Source of the DNA: Geosiphon pyriformis uo1
Lineage: Eukaryota; Fungi; Glomeromycota
DNA: 64,000 nucleotides
Direction: 5' to 3'
Assembly (NCBI GenBank): GCA_016748015.1
Contig: JAAOMT010000420.1
Coordinates: 124,001 to 188,000 of the forward strand
This document shows positions 48,652 to 62,955 of the stretch, piece by piece. The position numbers and the translations under genes are program-made. Within the stretch, counting starts at the first letter, position 1; every line of letters starts with the position of its first letter. The notes beneath the pieces were generated by a model. The model was not told the DNA's origin. It saw only the letters and a program-made list of their open reading frames with translations, and did not search any database.

Positions 48652-48800
48652 TATAAAAATTTGAGTGAGAGAAGAATAGATTGAAAATATTTTTTGGTAT
48701 GTGGGGTTTTTTTTTTTTTATGTTATTTTTGTCTTTTCAGTGTGTTTTGTTTTGTGAAATTATTTTTAATTTATGAGGGAATAACTATAGTAAATTTAAA

Positions 48801-50186
48801 TTAAGTGTTCAAGTTAGGAGGTTGTTCAATAACAACTCTTGGTTCTAAATTTTGGGGAATATTTTCGGACTTAATTAAAGAGGAATGTGTACCAATTTGT
48901 GGAATTAATGGTTCAGGATTGTTTCTGAAATGATAATGTTTCAGTTGATCTCTATGTGCAACTTTTGCTAGGATTTTGTTATCAAGTCTTAACTTGTATA
49001 ATCCATTTTCTAAGATTTCATGAATGAAAAATGGTCCATCTCATTTATTTTCAAATTTTCCACTCCATTGTTTTTTAGCTTTAGTTCTGTGTAAGAGAAC
49101 TTTGTTTCCGACTTTAAATTCATTGGTGACTGGTGGCAATTTGTTGTCATGCCATTCTTTTTGTTGAGCTTAGGAGTATTCAATATGGGTGGCTGCTATT
49201 TGTCGTTTTCCTTCTAATGTGCTGAGAAAAGTGTAGGCTTTTTGTTGGAGTGTTTCTTGAAAGTTTTCTTTGTTAATTGGTTGCACTAGATATGATTCCA
49301 TGGTGAAATTAATTGGTAACATTGCTGTCCTTCTATAGATTAAGTCAAATGGTGTGTGTTTTGTGGTATCTTGTTTTAGTGTTCTATATGCTAGTAACAC
49401 TGATAAAATAAAGATATTCCATTTCTGTTCAAAATCAGTTGAGACTTTGGCTAATGATTCACACAGTGTCCTATTGAAATGTTCTACAAGTCTATTTGTT
49501 TGTGGATGGTAGGGTGAAGACAAAGGTCTTTTGACATTGAATTGTTCACAAATTTCTTATATTAAGTTGTTCACAAAATGTGTTCCTTGGTTGGACAAAA
49601 GTTCAATTAGACAACCATATTTACAAATAATGTCTTTGTAAATAAAATTTGCTACTGATTTCACATCTGTTCATTGAATGACTTTGGCTTCAGGCCATTT
49701 GGTGAGATAATCTACAGCTACTACAATATAATGGTTTCCTTGGTTTGTAATAGGTAGTGGTCCGACTAAATCAATACCAACTCAGTCAAAAGACTGTCCA
49801 ACTTTGATTGGATTTAAAGGTTCTGTAGGGCGAGTTCCTTCTCTTTTTTGATAAATATCACAAAATTTAACGTATTCATGAATGTCTTTTCTCATTTGTG
49901 GCCAAAAATAGTGTTCTAATGTTCTTTGGGTGGTGCTATCTTTTCCTAGATGTGCTGATGAAGGGTCTGAATACATGTTGTATAAGATAGTTTCTTTCTT
50001 ATTTTCTTGTATTAATCTGAGTGATTTGTCTGGATTTCTGAAGTTTCGATAATAAATAGTTTTGTTGTGTAGAAAATATTGTTTGGCTTTTTGTTGTAAT
50101 CGGTGTTTTTCATCTGAAGACCAATCTGTTGGGATTGTTAGTGTCTCCAAATATTGTTTGAAATTGTTGTAGTTTTTAGGGTTCAT
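48801..50186 (-). pseudogene. Stand-alone integrase ORF of E
   Basis: MNPKNYNNFKQYLE...; track ORFs 49782-50186 and 49170-49523. Confidence 0.9.
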
Positions 50187-50236
50187 TGTTTGTTGTTTTT
50201 GTTACTGCTAATTCAAATGGGTGTTGGTTTTGTGTT

Positions 50237-53200
50237 CTAATCTTGCCTCATTCTTGAGAGACAATCAATGTTGGTGTGGAGCTTTCCTGGTTTGTGATGT
50301 ACAATGTATTGGTAGTTGGCTAAAAATCCTGTTCATCAGGTTTGTTTGGCGTTCAGCTGAGTGTTTTTGTTCTGAAGCCATTTGAGTCCAATATTATTAG
50401 TAATAATATCGAATTTTTTAGGCCTGAGATAAATGTTGAAGTGGTATAGGGCCCAAATTATGGCTGCTGTCTCTAATTCTGTGGCAGGGTAGTTTTTCTC
50501 AGCTGGTTTTAATGTTCTGTTAGCATAAGTGATTACTCACTCATTTCCGTTGTCATCTAATTGTGATAAGATGGCACCAAAGGCAGTGTAAGAAACGTTT
50601 ATAGCTAGTTGGAATCGGTTACTGAAGTTTGGGTAGGTGAGAATTGGAGCTGTTGTCAGCTTTTCCTTGAGGATTTCAAAAGCTTTTTGGTGTTCTTTTA
50701 TCCATTTGTATTTGACGTTTTTAGTAGTGAGCTGGTTGAAAGGTTTTGCAATTTCTGAGAATCCTTTGATGAATTTTCAGTAATAGGAAGCTAATCCAAT
50801 AAATCCTCTCAATTCTGTGGTATTTCGTGGAGTCTTGAAGTTCTTGACAGCACTGATTTTTTCTGGATCTGGTTTGACTTCTTTTTCACTAACTATGTGG
50901 CCAAAAAAGGCCAAACTTGTTTTTCCAAAATGACATTTTTTGATGTTTAATTTTAATCCTGCTTTTTGTAATCATTGAAAAACTTCTCACAGGTGTTTTA
51001 AGTATAATTTGAATGATAGAGAATAAACATCAGTATTGTCAAGATAAATGACTACTGACTTCTAAAGGAGTCTTTTGTACACAATATTCATTAATCTCTG
51101 AAATGTTGCTGGTGCATTGCATAATCCAAAAGGCATTACATTGAATTCGTAGTTTCCTCCTTGGGTTGTGAAGGCTGTTTTGGGATGATCTTTGGGGTTC
51201 ATAGCAACTTGTCAGTATTTGCTTTCTAGATCTAATGTTGAAAAGTATTTGGACTTTCCAAGGGCATCTAACATGTCATCAATTCGGAGAAGAGAGTAGG
51301 CATTTCTAATAGTAACACTGTTGAATTGTCAATAATCAACACAAAATTGTATCTTTCCATTTTTCTTTTTAACTAAGACCACAGGTGAAGCCCATAGACT
51401 CATTGATGATTGAATAAGCCCATTGTTAAGCATCCATTGTACTTCTTCTCTAATAAATTGGTGGCTTTCCAGAGCAACTTGGTAGGCTTGTTGTTACCTT
51501 AGTTTGGCATCCCCTGTATAGATTTGGTGTTAAACTAAATCAGTTCTTCCTAAGTCATTGTTGTTTTTGGCAAAGATATCAGCAAATTCTGCAATTAGCT
51601 CTTTGAGCTGGTTCTGTTGTTGTGATTTAAGTTGTCCCATGTTGATTCAAGATAGTTTTTCCATGACAACATGGTAGTTTTCAGAGCTGGGGTTTGGGTT
51701 GATTTTTGGTAGTGAATGTCCAATAATTTCAGAGAAATCGGGGACTGTTTGGGGTAATTCTTATTGAAAAATATTACTGTGAATAACTCCAATTTTTAAG
51801 TTATTTAATAAAACTATGAGATAATTGTTGGGATTGTAAAAAGTAACTCGGACTTTCTTTGTTCCTTCTGAAATATAAATGTTTGAAATTGAGATATTAT
51901 ATTCCAAGCAGATTTGTTTATTAGACTCAAAAATTTGTTGTATGGTCATTGGCTTTAGGCAGGTGTAGATTTCCAGATGTTCTCCAAAGGGTGAAATAGT
52001 AATTGGTTGTGGAAGTCATAGAATCTGGTGAGATTCACTTTGTTCATTAAGAGCTATGTTTACTGGAACTATGAATCGTCCAGTTGAACCAAAACTATTG
52101 GTTTCTCTTTCACTTTTTCCCAATTGTTCTCTTTGACTGACTAATTGTAAACCCGAAATATTAATTAAGAGTAAATAAATGGCTTGGGCAATTTTCTCAG
52201 TATGTTCAATCTTAAATGGCTTGTCAGTTTTGTTTTGGAGTATTATTGTTATGTCACCAATATATCCAGCATCAATAATTCCTCCTCTAACATTGATTCC
52301 TTTGCTTGCCAAAGAGGACCAGTGTTACCAAACAAAATTAGAGATATTGTTTAGCATAAAATTACCCTTATAAATCTCATCATTAATTAGCATATATTAT
52401 CGTTCAAATTATTACTTATTACATTAGCAAAATATCCAAAATTGTCATTTAATTAATAACTCAATTTGTACATAACACAAATGTAACCTAATTGTGATGA
52501 TCAATTATGCAATACCCCGAACTATGTAACATTCAAAAAGTTCGCCAAAATTTGTAAGAAATTTGCTGAAATATCTAATAGTTCGCAGAAATAACTTGTA
52601 GTTTGCTGAAATGTATCTTTAGTTCAGCAAAATTATAGAAAATAGCAAAGTTCAAGTTCATAGAATAGTGTTATAACAAGTTGTATAAAAGAAGAGCTTC
52701 TCTCTTTGAGGAAAGGTATCTTACTTTAGATTTATCACTTAGAACCATTCCTATACACACAAAAAGAAATAAATATCAAATAATTTGAAAAACCAAATTC
52801 TTTAATTATTGCACTTGGAAAATCCCCAAAACCCAAATAACGTTTTGAAATTGATTAGATACCAATTTCAGTAAACTGTTAGTGACTCCAGGCCTGGATA
52901 GAAAACGTTTTCCTTGATAAAATCCTATTTTTTTTACATTTTTTTTATTTTTCTTTTATTTTCTTATTACAATCATTAGGATAGCCTACAGACAAGATTT
53001 CTGTAGAAGAGTTGACTTTCACAGCAAAGTAACTACACATTTTAGTGAGCTTCCAGATGAGCAATTCCTGAAAAAGAGTTGACGTTTACTACAATGTAAC
53101 TACATAAAGTAACTGGCAAGGAATTGGCCATTCCACTTATAAGCCCAGTAGTTCAAATTATAGGAGATAATTTGAAGATAAATTTAGTTACTGGAGGTTT

Positions 53201-56200
53201 AACCACATCCAAGAAACGTAAATTCACAGCAAACAGGCATCAACAACATTGAAAAAAAGAGACCAAAAATTTCTGGTAACACCGGGAGGTAATTTAAACT
53301 ATTGCTTCTGGTGAGATTTCAAGAGCAATTTTGAGGTTGATTTTTGTAAGAGATTTGGGTTTGAGAACAAGAGTATCCTTGTCTGGATATCTTAGGTCAT
53401 ATCCAGCATCAATTTCATGTGCTTTCTCAGGTTTTATTCCTTGTTTATTGTTGTTGAAATATTTGAGTTGTAAGGCAGGCTGATTTTCGATGAGATAGAT
53501 GGGTGTTGTTCCAATTTCTTCTGTTGCTTTAGGTTCTCCAAATTCAATTTCATTTTCATCATTTTCACTGGGCAGAGAAATGCTAAGAACATAGTATTTA
53601 GGACACTATTTTTTATTACAAGGCATAATGCATTTTTCACATAGCCTAATGTTTATTTGCTCTAATTGTTGAATTTGAGCTTCTTGGGTTGGGTAGATGT
53701 GACTTGCAATTTGGTGGTAAACTTCTACTTTATCTTTGTAATCAAATCCAGCTAATTCTATGGTGTATTCAATGTATTTTGTTTCCTTCATTTGACAGAC
53801 ATCTTCTCTGGTAGCTTCATTAATTAATGTCATTGCTAGGTCGAAAATCATCTCAGCATCATGGAGGTAGTAATAAAGTTTGTTAAGAGCACTGTTGTAT
53901 GCCACATTAAAGGGTGTTTCTCTTTTTACTTTTTCTGAAATTGATAAAGCATATTGGCAAGTCTGATCGCAGACTCCTCCTCTCATTGCTACATTAATCC
54001 AATTGCATTCTTCTGGTAGCATATCTCCACAAGTCAAACAAGGGGTGTTGTCCCATTTTCCGCTTCTTTTTATTAGATGGCCCCATCATTCTCTGTGGCA
54101 AGCCTTGCAGTAATAACAAGTATGATTTTCATATTCTTCTTCAGGTAAAATACAGGCTCTCATTGAGAAGAGTTTCTTGTGGCAGTCCTTGCATTTGAGT
54201 GGAATGTAGGGGCATTGTTTTTGTGGTTCTGGTTTTGAATAGGAGACATTCCATTTGGTTGTTATTGGTTCTTTTGTTTCAAAAGAATCATTTGTTGAAA
54301 AGTACTGTTGTTCAGTTTTATCAGCCCAATTGGAGGTTGACCCAAATGCCATAAATGTTTCAATGATGGGCTTTTCTTCTTCCGGTTTAAATTCAAAAGC
54401 CAGGGCTTTTTTAGAGCATTTGTTGAATGTACCACAAGTGACAAGTACTCAGATATGTTGTCCTTGGTAAGAGATTTGTAGCTCTTGGGTTTCCCAGTCT
54501 AATTTTGCATTGGCTTTTTGAAGCCAGTTGTTTCCAACAAGGGCTTGATACTGGGGAGCATCCATTACAAGAACTTTGACTGGAATGGTGATTCCATCGA
54601 GAGTGGTCGGTCGACATTTCTCTTTAACTGTTGCATCAATTGGTAAGTAATAATACTCCCAGCAGATCCACTATCTAAGATTAATCGAATTGGCTTTCTT
54701 TCTACCTCAGCTTCTGTGTATATTGCAGTTATGGCTTTTTGCTCATTGGCTGCTGCATTGCTAAGCAAGAATGGTAATTCATTTGCTTCAAATTCGAAAG
54801 AGAATATATCTGAAAGGTTGGCATTTTTAGCAATTCTGGCTGGTGAGATTGTGGTAGGAGTATAGGAAGAGTTTTGTTGTTGTGCTGCAGCTCTACCTTT
54901 TGAGAGTGCAGTATGGCAAAAATTCTGTTCTTCTGGCATCATAAGATAACTAGATTGAGTATGATAGTGGTTGGATCTTGGTTGAGCTGAATTCTGGGGA
55001 ACCAATTGGTTGTTCGAATTGAATCTATTGTTGTTTACTTGGTATCAGCTTTGTGGTGTGAATTGATTTTACAGAATTAATCTTTGATAATGTTGTGTAG
55101 GTGGTTGTTGGTATTGCTGCTGAATTGGCTGTGGGTTAGATTGATAATAGTTATCTTGATATTGGGGTCTTGGTGGATAGTAAGCTGGTGGTGATGGTTG
55201 ATAATAAGATTGCTGTGGTGGAGAATAACGTTGATTACTCCTATTTTGTTGGTCTTGTTGTAGCTTTCTGCAATCTTTTTTCCAGTGGCCAGGAATTCTA
55301 CAGTAATGGCAATTCTAAGGCTGGTTATTAGAGGGTAATGTAAAGTTGTTTTGATTCCGTCTTTGGAGTGATTGATATCTTTGGGACTGCTGTTGTTGTT
55401 GGTTGGTGAAATAGTTTTTGACTTTTTTTGTGAGTTGGTCAATTTTCTCTTCAGCTGCTGAGCTGGTCTCTCCAATAGCTAAGTTCACAAGTTTTGTATG
55501 ATTGGCTTCTTCCATGGCCATTTCATATCTTTTTGCATACTGAATGGCAGAGTTTAGATCTTCTGGAGCATGTGGGTGAATCTTTTTAATCAGTTTATCC
55601 TTTAAACCAGCAATAAATTGATCCAAGATTTGAGCATCAGAATAATAATCATTAGTTTCAAGTTGGCGAATTTGTCTGAGAAGTTTGTTGAATTTCCCAA
55701 TATAAGTTATAACAGATTCAGAAAGTTCTTGTTTGATATTGCGAAAACAATTTCGAAGTGTGATTGAGGTGTTGTTATTGGTGAATTGTTCTAAGAAGAC
55801 AGTTTTGAAAGCTGTCTAGTCATTAAAAGGGGTGGTCAGGTTTTTGAACTATTCATCTGCTGTTCCTTTGAGAAAGTAGGGAATTGTTCTTAACATTCTG
55901 GCAGCATTCCATCCATTTGTGTCTCCAGCTTTAGTAACTTGGTCAAGCCATTCTTGGGGACTGGTTTCAATGTCTTCTCCATTAAATTCAGAGATTTTTG
56001 CGATGTATGCTGTCATTTTGTCTTCTTTATTTTCACTGTCTATTAATTCTTCTTCAGATATTTCAGAGTCATTTTCTTCATTTACTGCTGTCTCAGAGTG
56101 TTCACTTCAGTTTTCAGCTAAAAAGTCAAGGAGATTGGAACTAGTTTGAAGGGATTCTTGTTGTCTGGTAGGACTTCTGGGTGATGTAAAATCTTTTAGT

Positions 56201-56748
56201 CTTGCAAATCGATTTAAGAGTGAATTAAGTGTTTGTGTTTGTGCAATTGAAGCTGGAAAAGATGTGATAGTAAGTGGAAGTTTTGAACTGGTTTCTTGTT
56301 CAGGTGTTTGTAAGTGTTTGGCAGTTGTTTTTGGTAGTATTGGAGTATTTGGGGTGGTTTTTGCATATTGCTTCAATTTTTGTTTACTTTTGTTGCTTGT
56401 TTCTGGCTCTAATTCAAAATCAATAGAGTATTGAGACTGTACTGGATATGTTTCTTCACAGTACTTGATAATATTAAAATTAAGTTCTTGAAAGTAGGTG
56501 GCAAGTGTTTTACTGTTAAGGTCTTCAGTTTCCAACTGTGAATAGTGTACTAAATTATTGTAAAGATTGCTTCTAACTTTTGAGATATTGTAATTTCCAA
56601 AAAGATAATTGTTGATGCAGTTTTTAATGTATTGGTATACTGATTTCTTGACAACTTTAATTCCGTCTGGAATGTTGAATCTTTGCTTGCAGTGGGTGTA
56701 AATTGACTGGTAATACTCTAGAGTTGTTGCATCTGGTGTGGTTGCCAC
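50237..56748 (-). pseudogene. gag-pol of E (Gag, CCHC, PR, Zn fingers, dUTPase split by F, RT, RNase H)
   Basis: Track ORFs 56107-56748, 55315-55626, 54565-55005 (LILDSGSAG), 54086-54352, 53606-54037 and 52016-52312; ends DCLSRMRQD*. Confidence 0.92.
52323..53281 (+). mobile_element. Solo LTR F (family 2 variant) in the dUTPase SRSS motif of E; TSD CCAG/CCGG
   Basis: TGTTACC...GGTAACA; reverse-complement homologue of the E LTRs; flanks at 52319-52322 and 53282-53285. Confidence 0.94.
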
Positions 56749-56793
56749 TTTGAAGTTGGTTTTGCTGTGTTGTTTCCGTGGGAGAGCACTAAA

Positions 56794-57777
56794 TGTTACC
56801 GGAGGTTTTTGGTTTCTTCGTAGCTCTTGTATGTTTGTTGTAATGCTATTAATTTATGACTATAGAAAGTGTTTGAACCTCCGATAACTGAATTTTTATC
56901 TTCAAATTATCTCCTATAATTTGAACTGCTGGGCTTATAAGTGGAATGGCCAATTCCATGCCAGTTACTTTGTATAGTTACATTGTAGTAAATGTCAACT
57001 CTTTCCCAGGAATTGCTCGTCTGGAAGCTCACTAAAAATGTGTAGTTACTTTGCTGTGAAAGTCAACTCTTCTACAGGAATTTTGTCTGTAGGCTACCCT
57101 AATAATTGTAATAAGAAAAAAAAAGAAAAATAAAAGAAATGTAAAAGAAATAGAATTCTGTCAAGGAAAACGTTTTCTATCCAGGTCTGGAGTCACTAAC
57201 AGTTTACTAAAATTGGTAGCTAATCAATTTCGAAATGTTAGTTGGGTTTTGGGGATTTTCCAAGTACAATAATTAAAAAATTTGGTTTTTTAAATTATTT
57301 GATATTTATTTCTTTTTGTGTGTATAAGAACAGTTTTTAAGAGATAAATCTAAAGTAAGATACATTTTCTCAAAGAGAGAAGCTTTTCTTTTATACAACT
57401 TGTTGTAACACTATTCTATGAACTTGAACTTTGCTCTTTTCTACAATTTTGCTAAACTAAAGATACATTTCAGTAAACTACAAGTTATTTCTACAAACTT
57501 ATTAGATATTTCAGTGAACTATCAATTATTTCGGCAAATTTCTACAAATTTTGGCAAACTTTTGAATGTTACATATTTTGGGGTATTGCATGATTGAATA
57601 TTGTACTTAGGTTACATTTGTGTTATGTACAAATTGGGTTATTAATTGATTGGTGATATTTGATAATTTGATTGAATACTAATTGATGATTTTGAAATGA
57701 TAATATATGCTAATTAATGATAGGAATTATAAAGGTAATTTCATGTTAATTAATATCTCAAATTTTGGTTGGTAACA
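56794..57777 (-). repeat. 5' LTR of E
   Basis: Direct repeat of 46983-47963. Confidence 0.96.
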
Positions 57778-60700
57778 CTGCTGATGGAGCAACCAAAACT
57801 CCAATTGGCAAAATTGACGACTTCTTTATTGAAGTCAACAGCATCAAGATACCAATCAAAGTTTTGATCATAGAAGCCACCCAGTACTAAGCACTCATTG
57901 GTAATGACTGGTTATCCAAAACCAACACCATTCTCAATTGGAACATGCAAAAACTCCAGTTGACATTTAAAGACTGACAAGTACAAATGCCAGCTACCTG
58001 CGGTCACTTCAAAGCTCATTCAAGAGAGCAATCATTGATTGAGCTGGAAGAAGAAAAGGCCAAACCTACTTGGGAAGCATATCAGGTCTCATGGGCCGAC
58101 AACGACCACAACAAATTGCCACCAATACTTTCATAAGACAAAAACAACAATGGAAAAGAAAAACAACAAGAAAAACTTACCTGAAATCTCAACCAAGTAT
58201 GGAAAATTAACAACAACCAGGGAGAGCCATCTACTGGGAAGTGGCAAGTGAATGATAAGGAAAAAAGAAAAGGAAAAGAAGAAGAAAACAAACTGGAAGA
58301 AGCCACTGCCAATGAAAGCAACAGTGGCTGGACCAATTTATACTCTGTCCACGAGCCACTGTCACAACTGCCATATATACCCTTCAAATGCAAAGACTGT
58401 AGAAAGAAACTTTCTTCCATGGGAGCCTGGATTATGCCAGATAAAGACCACTAGACCAGAACCCACTATTACTGCAAGCCATGCCATTGAGAATGCTATG
58501 GCTACCCAAAATGACAAGGAAAGTGGAACAACAAACCATGTCTTGCTTATAGAGAAACACTACTCAATGAAGAAATGTGGAATGACATTTCTGGTCAAAG
58601 AGGAACATGCAACACTTCATGCCAGTACATGATCCTTATTTGCGACTGGGTGAGCCATGGTACGCCCATAACAGCAATCTGGCACAGAGCAATTAATTGT
58701 TTGAATGGTTACCCACATGACAAGGACAAAATCTGACAGATGGCAAATGCCAAAATTAAAGAAGCCACGCCTGGTAAAATCCTGGAAATCAAAAACAATC
58801 CGCCTGAATAGGTTGACATCATTTTGATCCCCAACCCAGATGCTTTCCCTGACATTGAAACCAACCCAGAAGATTTCCATGAACATTATCAAAATTTAGC
58901 ACCTACCAGAGAGGAACAAGAAGAGCATTTAGCACAGCTAAACACTTGACTATGTGACTACTGTTTGATCCCATGTGACTTCCAATATTGCAATAATTGT
59001 GATCTCATTTATAATCCACCACCACACATGATTTACACAATCCCAGAAGAAATTGAACTAATTAGTAGTTGCACATTGGAATCAGAATCAAATTTCAATC
59101 CCAATTTAAACTCCGATGACAACGAAAACCACGGTTCCAGTTCCATACAAAAGGGCAACAAAAATTCAAACTTCGAGTCAGACTCCAATTCAAATCCCAA
59201 AACATTTATCGCACTGCCTGACCTCATGAAAGAGCAGAAACTCAAATGGTTCAGCGATAATGATGAAGGTATTATGCCAGAACGCATGCATGATACCAAT
59301 GCAGGGTTTGATCTGAGATATCTTGGAAAAGAAGCCATCAAATTGGAACCAAATTCATGTACTTGCATTGATTTCAAAATAGCACTAGAAATCCCAGTAA
59401 CAACAATGGTTCAACTAGCATTTAGGAGTAGCTTAGCAAAAAAAGAAATCAACATCAGAGGAGAAATAATTGATGCAGGATATGTAAGAAATATTATTGC
59501 TATGCTACAAAATGATTCAGAAAAAACTTATACAATTGAACCCAATGAAAAGATAGCACAGGCAATATTCCTACCTCTGATTAAAGTAGCTTAGTTAATA
59601 TCAGTGGAAAATAGGGAAGAATTAAGAATAACAGCTAGAGAAATACAGGGATTTGGATCAACGGGTAGAATAAATGTACCAGTCAATATGGCAGAAAAAG
59701 AAATTGTTGGCCAAGGGGAAATTATCTCAACAGGTCAAACAATTTCCATTCCACCATATGACCAGTACATAGTAACAATAGAGAGAAAGGTGAAAAATTG
59801 AGCACAGATTTTTGAAGCAGAAGCAAGCCTTTGTAAAACAGAAGACATTGGACTTATCAATATACACATACCAGCAAAAAATTACAACCATATCAAAATT
59901 CCCATTTATAACAACACTGGAAATGTCATAGAAATACCAGAAGAGACCACTCTCGGACATCTGACTACTGAAATTGAGGACCAACCATCAAGCATCATTC
60001 CAGACTTTCCATAATTGTGTGGATATGTGAATATCACATCACAAACAATTTACGGATGAGATGAATGCTATTTGCTCCAACCAGAACAATTGGAACAAAT
60101 AAACATAGGAAATTTAGATCCACTTCAACGTATGCAACTCAAGATGTTACTCAACAATTTCAATGACATCTTTGCCAGCAAAAATAAATTCGGCAGAACT
60201 GACATCATCTAACACCAGATCAAGACTGGAGATGCAATGCCAATCAAACAATGAGCATACAGAGTACCACCAGCCAGCCATGAGATCATTTGTCAAGAGA
60301 TCAATCGAATGCTTGACAACAGGCTAATTCAGCCATCAATGAGCCCATGGTCATCACCAGTAGTACTTGTCCAGAAGAAGAATGGAAAGATATGCTTTGT
60401 ATAGATTACCGGAAATTGAATGGTGTAACTCGTGGAGACAGCTATCCAACTCCACAAATACAGGAATTATTCAATGCTTTTGGTGGGAACAAATGGTTCT
60501 CAACATTAAACTTGGACAGTGGTTACTGACAAGTAGCCATGAATCTAGCTGACAAAGAAAAGATGGCATTCACTACTAGAGAAAAAAATTTCAAATTTGA
60601 AGTGATGCCATTTGGCTTAACCAATGCTCCAGCCACCTTCCAACGGCTAATAGAAATTGTTTATACTGGCTTATTGTAAAAATCAGTAGTTGTATACTTA

Positions 60701-61498
60701 AATGACACCAATGTATTTTCAAAAATGTTTAATGATCATTTTTATTATCTTCAACAAGTGTTTGAAAGACTAAGAAGAGCAGAACTAAAGTTAAATGCAA
60801 CAAAGTGCTTCTTCAGCAAGACAGAATTAAAATTCTTGGGACACATAATCAGCAAAGACAGCATCAAAATGGATCCAGAGAAAATAGAGATAGTAAAGAA
60901 CTTTCCAGTGCTGACCAATATGACAGAACTGAAATCATTCTTGGGATTCACCAGCTACTATCGATGTTTTATCAAGAACTTTTCCAAGATAGCACAGCCA
61001 CTCAACCAACTGCAAACCAAGAATACAAAATATGAATGGACAGAAAGTCAACAAGAAGCTTTCGATATTCTGAAAAGAAAGTTCATTCAAGCTTCAGTAC
61101 TGATCTATCCAGATCACAGCAAACCATTTATCATCACCACCGATGCATTCAGCCAAGCATTAGGAGCAGTACTATCTCAGAGAGAACCAAACGGCAAAGA
61201 ACATCCAGTAGCATATGCCAGCTGAGGTCTAACACCAGCCGAAAAGAACTATGGAACACCAGAACAAGAACACTTAGCAATTTATTGAGCAGTCATGAAG
61301 TGGAACAAATACTTGAGCCAAAAGTTTGATATATACACAGATCATAAAAGATTAACATCACTTCAAAAACAAGAATGTGATGATGGCCACTAATCTAGAT
61401 GGAAAATGGCACTCTCACGATATACTTATACTATACACTATAAAAAAGGAAAAGACAATGGAAATGCTGATGGTTTGTTACAAATAAGACAAATCTAA
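57778..61498 (+). pseudogene. D pol continuation: PR C-half, Zn fingers, dUTPase, RT, RNase H
   Basis: Track ORFs starting at 58248, 58965, 59604 and 60725; ends ...QIRQI* at 61496-61498. Confidence 0.92.
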
Positions 61499-61549
61499 AA
61501 ACATTTCAAACCCAAAAATATAACAATACCAATGAAAATACAACAAAAA

Positions 61550-62925
61550 ATGAACATACAAAAATATCAACAATTGCAACATTATCTGAACACTCAACAG
61601 TTCAAGGAGAATTTATTTCAAATGGAATAAAAGAGTATCAAACAACAATCAAAATATTTTATTACTTACCAAAATATACTTTATCAGAAAAATAGAAGAG
61701 ATCCAGATCAACCAACCAGAATAATTACAGAGCCAGAAAAAGAGACAATATTATTTAACATGCACTCAAATCCAACAGCAGGACATTTTCACAAAGAAGC
61801 AATCATAGAAAGAACCAGAAAGAGATACTATTGGCCATTAATGTATTCAGACATCATTCAATATGTTCAAAATTTTGATGCTTGTCAGCGAAGAGGAAGA
61901 ACAAGACCCAGTAAACTATTAAGACCAATCAAAGTGGGACAACCATTTGACTATATTGGAATTGATTTAATCAGACAATTAACAATCACCAGCAGAGGAA
62001 ACAGATACATAGCAGTAGTTATGGACTATTTCACTAAATGGCCAGAGGCAAAAGCAATTCAAAGAGCAGATGCAGAATCTATTGCCAAATTCGTTCATCA
62101 GGATTTGATTTGTCGACATAGATGTCCAAAAGAATTATTATCAGACCAAGGAACTCATTTTGTGAACAGAACATTAATAGAATTGAGCCAAAGATTCGGA
62201 ATTAAGAGACCATTATCATCACATATCATCCACAAACCAACGAATTAATTAAAAGATTCAACAGAACATTGTGCGAAGCAATAGCTAAGCTCAGCCAAGA
62301 AAACCAGAATGATTGAGATTTGTTCATACCATCAGTACTACTTGCTTATTGGACAATGAAACAAGATACTACACAAACAACACCATTTGAATTAGTGTAT
62401 AGAAGAACAGCAATGTTACCAGTAGAAAGAGAAATTAATACATATTCAGCTGAACCAATAACAGAAGAGAATTTTCAAGAAACATTGCTGAGAAGAACAT
62501 ATGACTTAATGGAAACATTGGAAAACAAACAAAGAAGAGCAGCTGATAATATTCAAAAGTCACAAAAAAAACAGAAAGAAAGACATGATAATCAACTACC
62601 AGACAAACCAGTTGAATTCAAGATTGGAGACAAAGTACTCTTACATTATACCAAAGTGGAAAAACAATGGAATGGAAAATTTGACCCCAAATGGGATAGA
62701 CCATTTCACATAGAAGAAATTCTAAGAAATGGAGCTTACAAATTAAGACTGGATAACAAAATCTTAACCAAAGCAGTACATGGAGATTGACTGAAACCAT
62801 ACTACAATACCACACCACCCTCCACCAGTAATATTCCACAATTAAGAGTACAGAGAATACTAGTCCAACCAGATGAAATTCCACAAGATCTGGAACCAAT
62901 TATTATTATTGACAACAACATGTAA
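61550..62925 (+). pseudogene. Integrase ORF of D
   Basis: ATG at 61550; track ORFs 61760-62248 and 62320-62790. Confidence 0.9.
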
Positions 62926-62955
62926 AAGTGATCCATCAAAAGAATATATAAAGAT

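Larger units (their letters stand above)
46983..57777 (-). mobile_element. Full-length LTR retrotransposon E (family 2), inferred TSD CCGC (now CCAC/CTGC)
   Basis: LTRs at 46983-47963 and 56794-57777 (TGTTACC...GGTAACA), PBS ~56776-56791, PPT GAGGAGGAGG; same gene order as family 1. Confidence 0.96.
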
